Shown piece by piece: positions 16,399-23,789 of a DNA stretch of 23,789 bases (position 1 is the first letter of the stretch; each line of letters starts with the position of its first letter). The DNA is from Bdellovibrionales bacterium (lineage in GTDB: Bacteria > Bdellovibrionota > Bdellovibrionia > Bdellovibrionales > DASUEL01). The translations under genes and the position numbers were made by a program. The stretch lies in assembly GCA_050250255.1 (NCBI GenBank), contig JBFWOZ010000045.1, positions 1-23,789 of the forward strand. The letters run 5' to 3'. Under the pieces are notes generated by a model, which saw only the letters and a list, made by a program, of their open reading frames with translations, did not search any database and was not told the origin of the DNA.

Positions 16399-17243
16399 CA
16401 ACAAAATCCAAAGGTGAATCTGTAAGACAAAAGCTCAATATCCTTAGTGCCAAACTTGGGGTCAAGTATGCCAATCTTGAAACCATATTTTTAATTGAGC
16501 GATTGGTCGCTCGACTGATTTCGGGCAAGGTTCTTAATCAACGCCTCGTTTTTAAAGGCGGTTTTGTTGGTCTAAAAGTGTATGGGTCGCCTCGCTATAC
16601 GGTTGATCTTGATGCTCTTCTGATAAAATCTAATATTGAATTGACTCTTCAGTTAGTGAAAGAAGAAGCAGAAACAGACCTTAACGATGGGGTATGGTTT
16701 CGCTTTGATGAGCAAGTGGACTTGGCTACCCAAGGGGAATATGGCGGAATCCGTCATGTGTATCGAGCGGGGATCGGTGAAGTTCTAAAAAATATCAAAA
16801 AAGCACAAGCCGTCAATTTTGACTTGGGAATCGGTGATCCTATCACTCCCGGTCCACAGAAGACAGAAACGCCTATGCTATTGTCTAATGATGAAGACCT
16901 CAGTTGGTCGGTTTACCCAATTGAATCTATCATCGCTGAAAAACTCCACGCCTTGATTTCGCATGGTGATCAAAACTCGCGATCAAAAGATGTCCATGAC
17001 TTAGCGATTTTTCTACCAAAAGCAGACGCTTACACGCTTCGAGAGGCCATTAAGAAGTGTTTTGAATATCGTAAGACGAATATGCCAACAAGTTTCTCAA
17101 ATGCTCTGAAGGAACTTGATACCGCAAGGCTGGAAAGGGGATGGGCCAGTGCCGTCGCATCGGTTCCTAGTGCTCCATCATTTCAGTCGGCATTCGATAC
17201 ACTTTTTATCCACATGACTAAAATGGAGGAAGATTTTGGCTAA
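16395..17243 (+). CDS. abiEii: Type IV TA toxin, AbiEii/AbiGii nucleotidyltransferase
   Basis: LVFKGG, RYTVDLD, DLGIGD, ESIIAEKLHA and NSRSKDVHD motifs; ATGA overlap with abiEi. Confidence 0.9.
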   Translation: MTTKSKGESVRQKLNILSAKLGVKYANLETIFLIERLVARLISGKVLNQRLVFKGGFVGLKVYGSPRYTVDLDALLIKSNIELTLQLVKEEAETDLNDGVWFRFDEQVDLATQGEYGGIRHVYRAGIGEVLKNIKKAQAVNFDLGIGDPITPGPQKTETPMLLSNDEDLSWSVYPIESIIAEKLHALISHGDQNSRSKDVHDLAIFLPKADAYTLREAIKKCFEYRKTNMPTSFSNALKELDTARLERGWASAVASVPSAPSFQSAFDTLFIHMTKMEEDFG

Positions 17244-17964
17244 AGCAAAAAAGAACGCTGTATCTACAAATAATACTTTGGTTAAGCAAAAACCTTCTGA
17301 AATGTGTCCTCCTGGATACCATGTGGTTCAAGGACACGAGCGCGACTGTAAGTTTGGCACGGTGACTTGGGTTGACGCCCACATCAGAAGAAATCGAGGC
17401 AAAATCAGACCGGGCCTCCTGAAAGAAAATATTTATTTTATTTTTTGGAATTCAAAGAAAAAGTATTCATCTCTGGCAGAAATCAAAGGATATGAGGGTA
17501 AGGGGGCAGAGTATGATGAACTTATTCAGTTCTGGCTCGATTACTGGAAGTCCCAAGGAATCGAGCTCCCCAAAGATCTTGATCCTTTACTTATCAAGGC
17601 AATGATCGCGGTTGAATCAACTTTCAATCCGAACGCAATTGCTAAATCAAAAATAAGTTCTGCTGCCGGCCTTATGCAGATCACGGACCAATCACTTCGA
17701 GTGATGGGCGGATTTCCCAACAAGAAGAAATGGATTGAGATGCGTAATCATCTTATTCACGTCGAAAAAACGGACAAATTTGATCCTGTTGTAAGCGTCG
17801 CTATGGGAGTTCGATTATTAGGCCTTAAGTGGTCACAGATTAAAGACCCAAAAAAGAAAAACATCCGTCAGCTTGTCAGAGATTACCATTCTAGGGATGA
17901 AGAGGGGGATAACTATGCAGAAAAAGTTCTATCGCTTTATGAAAAGTCTCGTAAAAAGAAGTAG
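17236..17964 (+). CDS. SLT-domain lytic transglycosylase without a signal peptide, with an N-terminal Cys/His motif
   Basis: KAMIAVESTF (catalytic Glu), AAGLMQI; N-terminal CPPGYHVVQGHER..C....WVDAH; TTG start with RBS GGAGGA overlapping the abiEii end. Confidence 0.85.
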   Translation: MAKAKKNAVSTNNTLVKQKPSEMCPPGYHVVQGHERDCKFGTVTWVDAHIRRNRGKIRPGLLKENIYFIFWNSKKKYSSLAEIKGYEGKGAEYDELIQFWLDYWKSQGIELPKDLDPLLIKAMIAVESTFNPNAIAKSKISSAAGLMQITDQSLRVMGGFPNKKKWIEMRNHLIHVEKTDKFDPVVSVAMGVRLLGLKWSQIKDPKKKNIRQLVRDYHSRDEEGDNYAEKVLSLYEKSRKKK

Positions 17965-18403
17965 TTTTTTTGTTCTATTATTTTGCCCGTTATTGGGCTC
18001 AACAGCCTACGCTGATCCCCCTTTTAATGATCCGACTCGTGAGTTTCTTCAGTTAACAAACGGAACATGGCTTCGTTTAAAAAAGATTGACTGGGAAAAA
18101 ACAGAATTTACTTACGGTCGAGGCAAGGGAATCGAAAAAAGGAAAGATATTATTTGGTCAAAAATCTATGAAAGTGATGATGATCGGGCATGGCCGTACG
18201 CTTACTTTCTTCGTTTAAAATCTGGACGCTTTATTTATGATCTTGATGGCGATGGTAATAAGGAAGTTGGCGTGGCCACTTATGATATGGGAAACAATAT
18301 GATCCGACGAATTCTAATCTTTTCAATCCAAAAAGATAAAGTCGTTTTTGTACGTGAACATGGACCATACAATATTGCTGCTGATGAGCCTGTGTTTAAG
18401 TGA
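17915..18403 (+). CDS. Secreted protein with a DxDxDG (FG-GAP-like) Ca-binding loop
   Basis: Start at 17915 (RBS GAGGGGG) or 17939; signal peptide ending STAYA-DPP; YDLDGDGNKEV motif. Confidence 0.7.
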   Translation: MQKKFYRFMKSLVKRSSFFVLLFCPLLGSTAYADPPFNDPTREFLQLTNGTWLRLKKIDWEKTEFTYGRGKGIEKRKDIIWSKIYESDDDRAWPYAYFLRLKSGRFIYDLDGDGNKEVGVATYDMGNNMIRRILIFSIQKDKVVFVREHGPYNIAADEPVFK

Positions 18404-18412
18404 ACTGCTGAA

Positions 18413-18440
18413 TTCGACCAGCGTAGGAAATGGTGATCCC
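18413..18440 (+). repeat. Att-like half-site C (left arm + core)
   Basis: TTCGACCAGCGTAGG-AAA-TGGTGATCCC; the arm is inverted relative to sites A and B while the core is in the same orientation. Confidence 0.8.
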
Positions 18441-18942
18441 GCCTTGTAATCAGGCAATGTCACCTAACCCCCACGATATCATTCACTTTTCCTATTTTGT
18501 AAAGGAAAACCTCTTTGCGAAAATTGAACCTCTTTATCGTCAGGGACTCTCTTTAAGAGAGATAGCCAGTCAAACTGGAATTGCAAAAACAACTATAAGA
18601 AAAGAGCTAATTCGTGGAGGCATTTCTTTGAGGACCCTCCAAGATGGTAAAAAGGGATCTCTCTGGAGGAAATCAGGCAAGGTCTGCATGAAGCCTCCAT
18701 ATGGTTTCTGTTACTTTGAAGGGCAACTTACAAAGCATCCTAAAGAATATACCGTTCTCAAGATGATCTATGAAAGATGGAAATCTGGTCAGAATGCTAA
18801 TTCCATCGCCGATACCTTAAATGGAAAAAAGATCCCTTCTCCAATGAATAAACTGTGGTCATGGAATTCTGTAATCAACATTATTAATCGCTTCAAAAAG
18901 GGAACTGTTGTTCTTAAAGGAGGAACTTTTGAACTCAAATAG
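18430..18942 (+). CDS. HTH + serine-recombinase DNA-binding ('Recombinase') domain protein lacking the catalytic domain
   Basis: LYRQGLSLREIASQTGIAKTTI HTH; PPYGF...I...W..G.....IA..LN...I......W....V..I Recombinase-domain pattern; no resolvase Y.R.S motif. Confidence 0.75.
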   Translation: MVIPPCNQAMSPNPHDIIHFSYFVKENLFAKIEPLYRQGLSLREIASQTGIAKTTIRKELIRGGISLRTLQDGKKGSLWRKSGKVCMKPPYGFCYFEGQLTKHPKEYTVLKMIYERWKSGQNANSIADTLNGKKIPSPMNKLWSWNSVINIINRFKKGTVVLKGGTFELK

Positions 18943-19009
18943 ATCTGATCATTTGTTAAAATTCACAATCTTATTTCCTTGAAAGTTTTATGGAGGAATT
19001 CGCTTCGTT

Positions 19010-19193
19010 GATTTGCTGGCCACTCCCTTCGCAGGAGCCATGCCAGGGCTTCGCCTGGTCTGTCATGTCTCCTGCCGCTACCGCACCTTTAGGGTGCTCT
19101 CGCGTGACGGTCGGGCAAATCTCTTACGCTCACTTAACCCTCTCTCTTCGGGCCTTCAAAAGCTTATGGAAGGCCCACTCGATAGAGAGTGGG
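19010..19193 (+). other. GC-rich multi-hairpin non-coding element
   Basis: Closing stem GATTTGC(19010)/GCAAATC(19115); inner stems GCAGGAG/CTCCTGC, CCAGG/CCTGG and GCACC/GGTGC; then GGGCCTTC/GAAGGCCC and CCCACTC/GAGTGGG. Confidence 0.7.
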
Positions 19194-19228
19194 AAACTAA
19201 AAACAAACTTTCAAAGGAGAAAGTTCTT

Positions 19229-19594
19229 ATGAAAACAAATAATCAAGAAAATACATTTAAAAATGTTCAAGGCCTTGTGGTTAATCCTCAAATCTACTTG
19301 AATAATGAAAGACAAGTTTTGGTACATCGTTTGAGCGATGACCTAAAAATTGAAATGCCGATCAACCTTTATCGAAAGATTTTGGGTATTCCATTTACCA
19401 AAATAGAACCTTCGAATACGGCTGCACGTCGTAGTGTTTTTGGCCTAATTGCTCGCCCAAGCATTTACTTGAGCCGTGATGGACAATATTTGATTCACAG
19501 AGTTCTAGGAATTAGCATTTCTAAGCATGCGAATTATTACAAACGTATTCTAAATGCTGAAGCTGATTCAGCCACACAAAAGAAAGCTATGTAA
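19229..19594 (+). CDS. Small protein made of two internal ~45-aa repeats
   Basis: RBS AAGGAG; GLVVNPQIYLNNERQVLVHRL...INLYRKILG versus GLIARPSIYLSRDGQYLIHRV...ANYYKRILN. Confidence 0.8.
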   Translation: MKTNNQENTFKNVQGLVVNPQIYLNNERQVLVHRLSDDLKIEMPINLYRKILGIPFTKIEPSNTAARRSVFGLIARPSIYLSRDGQYLIHRVLGISISKHANYYKRILNAEADSATQKKAM

Positions 19595-19601
19595 ATAAAC
19601 T

Positions 19602-19627
19602 GTGGCCCCTCACTAAATGAGGGGTCA
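19602..19627. terminator. Intergenic hairpin
   Basis: GGCCCCTCA-ctaaa-TGAGGGGTC; no U-tract. Confidence 0.45.
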
Positions 19628-19647
19628 TTAACAATAGAGAGGTTTTT

Positions 19648-19827
19648 ATGAATTTAGACAAATTAACAGATTTTGCAATTGGAGTGGTAATTGCGGCAGC
19701 TCTTTCCGGAAATCTTCCCGAATTTACAAAATGGGTACAGATTCAAACTGCGAAAGTATTATGGGCGAGTCGAAGTTCTACTTGGGGAAGTCCTCTATTT
19801 TTTAAAAAGCTCCATGAGAACAAATAA
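19648..19827 (+). CDS. 59-aa membrane-associated protein missed by the ORF track
   Basis: RBS GAGAGG; MNLDKLTDFAIGVVIAAALSGNLPEFTKWVQIQTAKVLWASRSSTWGSPLFFKKLHENK. Confidence 0.7.
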   Translation: MNLDKLTDFAIGVVIAAALSGNLPEFTKWVQIQTAKVLWASRSSTWGSPLFFKKLHENK

Positions 19828-19843
19828 ATATTCTCATGGGGCT

Positions 19844-21730
19844 TTAAGTTTCTTGTTTAACGATCTTCCTGTCATTCCAAAAAAGATAAGAAAAAAGTAA
19901 AACAACCAAAGCCTGTGATATTAAAGACTGAATGCTTGGATAAATACCAAGAATATCTAATCGTAAATTCAAAGGAATTTCAGAGACACCTACAAAACCT
20001 GCCTCTTGAAGTGAGTGAACCCCTTTTCCAACTAAAATAATCGCAAGAGCAACCATCGTCCAAGAGCAAATCGTAAACAACTGCTTGAGAGGAAGTTTTT
20101 TACTTTCTTTAATTGCAAAGTATGAGAAAACTAAAAGAAGTGCAGTGGACGAAACCACTCCCATACTTGCCACAAATTCTCCTGAACTATCTAAATCAAG
20201 CCAAATTGCTCTTAAAAATAGAACTACCTCAAACGCCTCTCGAAAGACTGCCATAAAGGCTACTATAGCTAAGACAAAATAACTTCCTGTATTGAGCCCG
20301 TGCTTTAGTTTTAATTCTAAAAACTCTCTCCATTTTTTCATTTCTGAATATCTATGGAGCCAAAACCCTACGTAAATTAATACAGCAACTGCAAATAATG
20401 AGATGACGCCTTCAAGAAGTTCACGACTTAGACCACTCATTGAAAGAAGAAATCCTGAGCCAATCCAAGCAGCAATTCCAGCTCCTACAGCACTCATCCA
20501 TCCAAAATGTACCCATCTAATGGCTTTTGTTTCACTCATAGTTCTTAAAATACTTATCAAAATAATGATAATTAGTACGGCTTCAAAGCCTTCTCTTAAG
20601 AAAATTGAAAATGCTGCACCAAAGGCAACCTCTGGCGACATTTTCTTTGTTGCAAATAAACCTTGTAGCTCGTCTATATACTTAACGATCTCATCTTTTT
20701 TAGATTCAACGACACCGAAAGTTTCTTTCTTTTCTACTAGAGATCTAAAGCCACTCATAAGAGATTCGATTTTTTCAACTGAACCTGGAAGGTTTGCTTT
20801 CATTTTAGGTTCTAATGGCTCAATACCTTCTAAATAAGCTCTAATAGCTAGAGAGGAGGCTGCATTGTACTCATTATTTTTTACAGCGAGTGCACTTTCT
20901 CTTAAAAGATTTTTTGCGATATCAAGAGGATTGATATTGCCGTCCTCGAGGATAGTTCTAATACGTCCTATAACAGCTAAAGTTTTGTCAGTCTTGCCAC
21001 CCAGACGGTCTGCAATTTCTGTATCTGTGAGAGTTGATATATCCTTTAGTGAAAGAGCTGCCTTGGGCGCATCGCTATAGCTCTTATCTGCGTATCCCAT
21101 GGATTTAAGATAAAAAGCTAAGGCCCAAACTTCTTCATCTGATAAGTGTGCAAAAGAAACCATGCCTGTTCCAGGAACACCTAGCTTAATAGTGTTATAG
21201 AACTTGTAAGGGGAACTATTTGAAACAAGATCTGGATCATGGAAGTTAGCAGGCTTTGGATCTAAACTAACCCCAGCCAAACCATCACCATGCCCGGTAT
21301 TTCCGTGACAGCTTGTGCAATTTACTTGAAATAATTTTTCACCAAGTTTTATATCGGGCAATGCTCTAGGGGAGATTTCAATTCTTGTAATTCGAATAGC
21401 ATCTAATTGAAGAGATCTTGCAAGTTTTGAAACCTCATCAGCTGATTTTTTATTAAGGATCATGCTTTGTAAAGCCTGAACCCCAGAGCTAAATTTTTGA
21501 TCTTTTTTTAAGTCTTCAATTTTTTGAGAATTTGTAGCCACAATCGTTATGAACTCTACTTGTTCATCATATTCGCCTTGGCTTAAGATTTTTCCGTCTT
21601 GTACGGCGCCTGCATAATCTTTGGCCAGGTAATCTAATAAATGAACAATAAGATCAGGAGATGCTTCTTGGGCTTTTGCGTTGATAGAAACGAATAGAAA
21701 CGTAAACAAAATAAGAATTAAGTTTTTCAT
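19844..21730 (-). CDS. Cytochrome c / FTR1-family permease (PbrT/EfeU-like)
   Basis: Signal peptide from the ATG at 21730; LLDYLAKDY.GAV..G; heme motif CTSCH; two RExxE motifs (REGFE, REAFE); about 7 TM helices. Confidence 0.9.
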   Translation of the reverse strand: MKNLILILFTFLFVSINAKAQEASPDLIVHLLDYLAKDYAGAVQDGKILSQGEYDEQVEFITIVATNSQKIEDLKKDQKFSSGVQALQSMILNKKSADEVSKLARSLQLDAIRITRIEISPRALPDIKLGEKLFQVNCTSCHGNTGHGDGLAGVSLDPKPANFHDPDLVSNSSPYKFYNTIKLGVPGTGMVSFAHLSDEEVWALAFYLKSMGYADKSYSDAPKAALSLKDISTLTDTEIADRLGGKTDKTLAVIGRIRTILEDGNINPLDIAKNLLRESALAVKNNEYNAASSLAIRAYLEGIEPLEPKMKANLPGSVEKIESLMSGFRSLVEKKETFGVVESKKDEIVKYIDELQGLFATKKMSPEVAFGAAFSIFLREGFEAVLIIIILISILRTMSETKAIRWVHFGWMSAVGAGIAAWIGSGFLLSMSGLSRELLEGVISLFAVAVLIYVGFWLHRYSEMKKWREFLELKLKHGLNTGSYFVLAIVAFMAVFREAFEVVLFLRAIWLDLDSSGEFVASMGVVSSTALLLVFSYFAIKESKKLPLKQLFTICSWTMVALAIILVGKGVHSLQEAGFVGVSEIPLNLRLDILGIYPSIQSLISQALVVLLFSYLFWNDRKIVKQET

Positions 21731-21811
21731 AGTTTTCACACCATAGTTGAGGTTTTTTCTAATAACAACACTAAGCAGTGACAATACGCCATAATGAAAA
21801 CGAGTTGAAAA

Positions 21812-21835
21812 ACACTTGCGTTTAAATGCAAGTGT
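21812..21835. promoter_or_regulatory. ArsR/SmtB-type operator palindrome
   Basis: ACACTTGCGTTT/AAATGCAAGTGT (11/12 symmetric) between divergent genes, overlapping a TTGCGT -35-like box. Confidence 0.75.
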
Positions 21836-21847
21836 GGATTATAGAAG

Positions 21848-22252
21848 ATGAGCATGCATAGAGCAGATCCTAAAATACTTGAAGTATTTCAAGCCTTAGC
21901 CGATAGCCACCGTCTTAGAATAGTAACTTTGATGTTACTATCAAAGGCTGAGGTATGTCTTTGCGATCTATCTGAGACCATGGATGAACCCGAATATAAG
22001 CTTTCTAGACATTTAAAGGTTCTTAAAAACGCAGGCCTTATTTCTTCTTTTCGTTCCGGGAAATGGATTTATCATTCCCTTGTGAAAGACAGATCTTTAA
22101 AGGGTACTTATGACTCCATTAAGAACTCACCAGAATTTAAAGACTCTACATCAATATCCTATCTAAAGAAGCTTAGAAAAAGAAAAGCTATATTAAAAGA
22201 TAGAAACTGCAATGGCCTTACAAAAAGGGCCTTAGATTCAAAATTACGTTAA
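21848..22252 (+). CDS. ArsR/SmtB family metalloregulator
   Basis: FQALAD..RLRI, EVCLCDL metal site, LSRHLKVLKNAGLI...R.GKWIYHSL. Confidence 0.92.
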   Translation: MSMHRADPKILEVFQALADSHRLRIVTLMLLSKAEVCLCDLSETMDEPEYKLSRHLKVLKNAGLISSFRSGKWIYHSLVKDRSLKGTYDSIKNSPEFKDSTSISYLKKLRKRKAILKDRNCNGLTKRALDSKLR

Positions 22253-22268
22253 TTAAAGAGAAGTGATT

Positions 22269-23084
22269 ATGAGAAAAACAGTATTTAGTATCCCTAAAAT
22301 GGATTGCCCTTCTGAAGAAGGATTAATTCGTATGGCTCTTGAAAAAAGCTCTAAAATAAAAAATTTAAAATTTGATTTGAAAAACAGAGAGCTTACAATA
22401 ATTCATGAAGAATCTGATCAGACACTTCTAAACCTATTAACACCTTTGGGATTTGGTGCTGTCATTAAAGCCTCTTCTGAAGTGCTAAAATCTGATGAGG
22501 TAGAGGTAAATTTAGAACCTGATACAGCGACTGAAGCAAAAACTCTTAAAATACTTTTACTCATTAACGCAGGAATGTTTTTAATAGAAATTGTTCTGGG
22601 ATTAGTCGCCCAATCAACTGGTCTTATTTCTGATTCCTTAGATATGTTTGCAGATGCTGCAGTTTATGGGGTTAGTCTTTATGCTGTTGGCAAAACCCTA
22701 AAATTAAAACAAAAAGCTGCAAGGATTAGCGGGTACATGCAGCTTCTTTTAGCAGTATTTGCTTTTAGTGAGGTCGTTAGACGTTTTATTTATGGGAGTG
22801 AGCCAGAATCTTCTCTTATGATTGGTGTGGCCATACTTGCTCTTATAGCAAATGTTTCATGTCTTTTCCTGATCTATAAACATAGAGAAGGGGAAGTTCA
22901 TATGAAAGCAAGTTGGATTTTTTCAACTAATGACGTTTTAGCAAATATTGGTGTTATTGTAGCTGGAGTTATTGTGCGATTTACTGGATCAGCACTTCCA
23001 GATTTGGTTATTGGATTCATTATCGCATTCATTGTCTTAAGTGGTGCTATTAGAATCTTACGCTTATCCAAGGTCTCGGTATGA
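22269..23084 (+). CDS. CDF cation-efflux transporter with an N-terminal HMA-like domain
   Basis: MDCPSEE HMA variant; GLISDSLDMFADA; ASWIFSTNDVLAN; multiple TM helices. Confidence 0.88.
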   Translation: MRKTVFSIPKMDCPSEEGLIRMALEKSSKIKNLKFDLKNRELTIIHEESDQTLLNLLTPLGFGAVIKASSEVLKSDEVEVNLEPDTATEAKTLKILLLINAGMFLIEIVLGLVAQSTGLISDSLDMFADAAVYGVSLYAVGKTLKLKQKAARISGYMQLLLAVFAFSEVVRRFIYGSEPESSLMIGVAILALIANVSCLFLIYKHREGEVHMKASWIFSTNDVLANIGVIVAGVIVRFTGSALPDLVIGFIIAFIVLSGAIRILRLSKVSV

Positions 23085-23626
23085 AAAAATTTATTGGATT
23101 CAGAAAACAAAAACAACCTTTTACTTATCAGGCTTCGATGTCTATTTTTATGTTTTTAGCAATTTTGCTATTAGCTGGATGTGATATTGGAACAAAGACT
23201 GCAATCAACTCAAGCCTAGTCTTAAATGAGAGCTTTGACGTAGTACCTCATTTTTTTAGCATCACCCACGTTAAAAACCCAGGCGTAGCATTCGGATTAT
23301 TTGCAAACTCTCAAAGTAATTTGAAATTTATTTTTATCTTTTTCATACCGCTTATCGTAATTTTATTTTTAACTTACAAATTGAAGAGTTTACGAAGTCG
23401 AACTGAGATTTTAGGTTATGTTCTAATAATTGGTGGAGCAGCTGGTAACTTTGTAGATAGAATGCTTAATGGTCATGTAACTGATTTTTTAGATTTTCAT
23501 TTTAGAACATTCTATTGGCCGGTTTTTAATCTTGCAGACATATTTATCGTATTAGGTATTACCCTACTTTTTAGCCTTCCGTATTTGAAAAATTACCATA
23601 GGAAAAAAGCTGAATTAATCAATTAA
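23081..23626 (+). CDS. lspA: Lipoprotein signal peptidase II
   Basis: NPGVAFG, GGAAGNFVDR, VTDFLD and FNLAD motifs. Confidence 0.93.
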   Translation: MKKFIGFRKQKQPFTYQASMSIFMFLAILLLAGCDIGTKTAINSSLVLNESFDVVPHFFSITHVKNPGVAFGLFANSQSNLKFIFIFFIPLIVILFLTYKLKSLRSRTEILGYVLIIGGAAGNFVDRMLNGHVTDFLDFHFRTFYWPVFNLADIFIVLGITLLFSLPYLKNYHRKKAELIN

Positions 23627-23639
23627 TAGTACCACTATG

Positions 23640-23789
23640 CTATCGACAATGAAGGAATCGAATCTGTAAAGCTAAAAGAAATCCTGAAAGCATCCCAAAA
23701 AACGCCTCCGGTCCTTCGCAGCCAGATTCTAATTTGATTCCAGCAATAGTTGCATAGTCTGCATATAAATTAAAAAGTATTAGTGGAAC
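23640..23789 (-). CDS. Possible 3' end of a convergent gene running off the window
   Basis: 49 open codons (VPLILFNLYADY...AFFGMLSGFLLALQIRFLHCR*); too short to judge. Confidence 0.3.
   Translation of the reverse strand, partial: VPLILFNLYADYATIAGIKLESGCEGPEAFFGMLSGFLLALQIRFLHCR

Noticed and set aside
13162..18440. CRISPR array or integron attC sites
   Set aside because: Only three partial copies kilobases apart, no cas or intI gene, and no RYYYAAC/GTTRRRY box pairing.
18990..19232. ORF 18990..19232 and the 5' extension of 19013..19594
   Set aside because: They run through the GC-rich hairpin element; the strong RBS lies before the ATG at 19229.
19691..19900. 69-aa ORF in the track
   Set aside because: It overlaps the better supported 19648..19827 ORF (ATG plus RBS) and the end of the FTR1 gene.

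Overview
AT-rich bacterial window, probably Bdellovibrionota-like (inferred from the TIGR02147/DUF4423 regulator and the many secreted hypothetical proteins). Left part (1-3.8 kb): secreted proteins, a TIGR02147 module bracketed by twin terminators, a receiver-domain relic and a truncated IS200. Middle part (3.8-13.1 kb): a minus-strand gene run encoding a 7x Big_2 (Lig-like) lipoprotein, an outer-membrane barrel-like protein, a CHASE3 hybrid kinase, an Hpt, a frameshifted REC-PilZ-like protein and an OmpR regulator, divergent from a frameshifted HD-GYP gene. From 13.16 kb an accessory island begins. It has three related recombination half-sites (13162, 15532, 18413) sharing a TGGTGA core. Joined in silico, they form a symmetric 46-bp site resembling a serine-integrase attP. 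They delimit recombinase-less units carrying nucleotidyltransferase toxin-antitoxin pairs (DUF6036-type, AbiEi/AbiEii), an SLT transglycosylase with a secreted partner, and small HTH relics. Next come a catalytic-less recombinase-domain gene, a highly structured non-coding leader with two small genes, and a PbrT-like / ArsR / CDF / LspA metal-resistance cluster. All family calls are from motif recognition by eye; no database searches were run.
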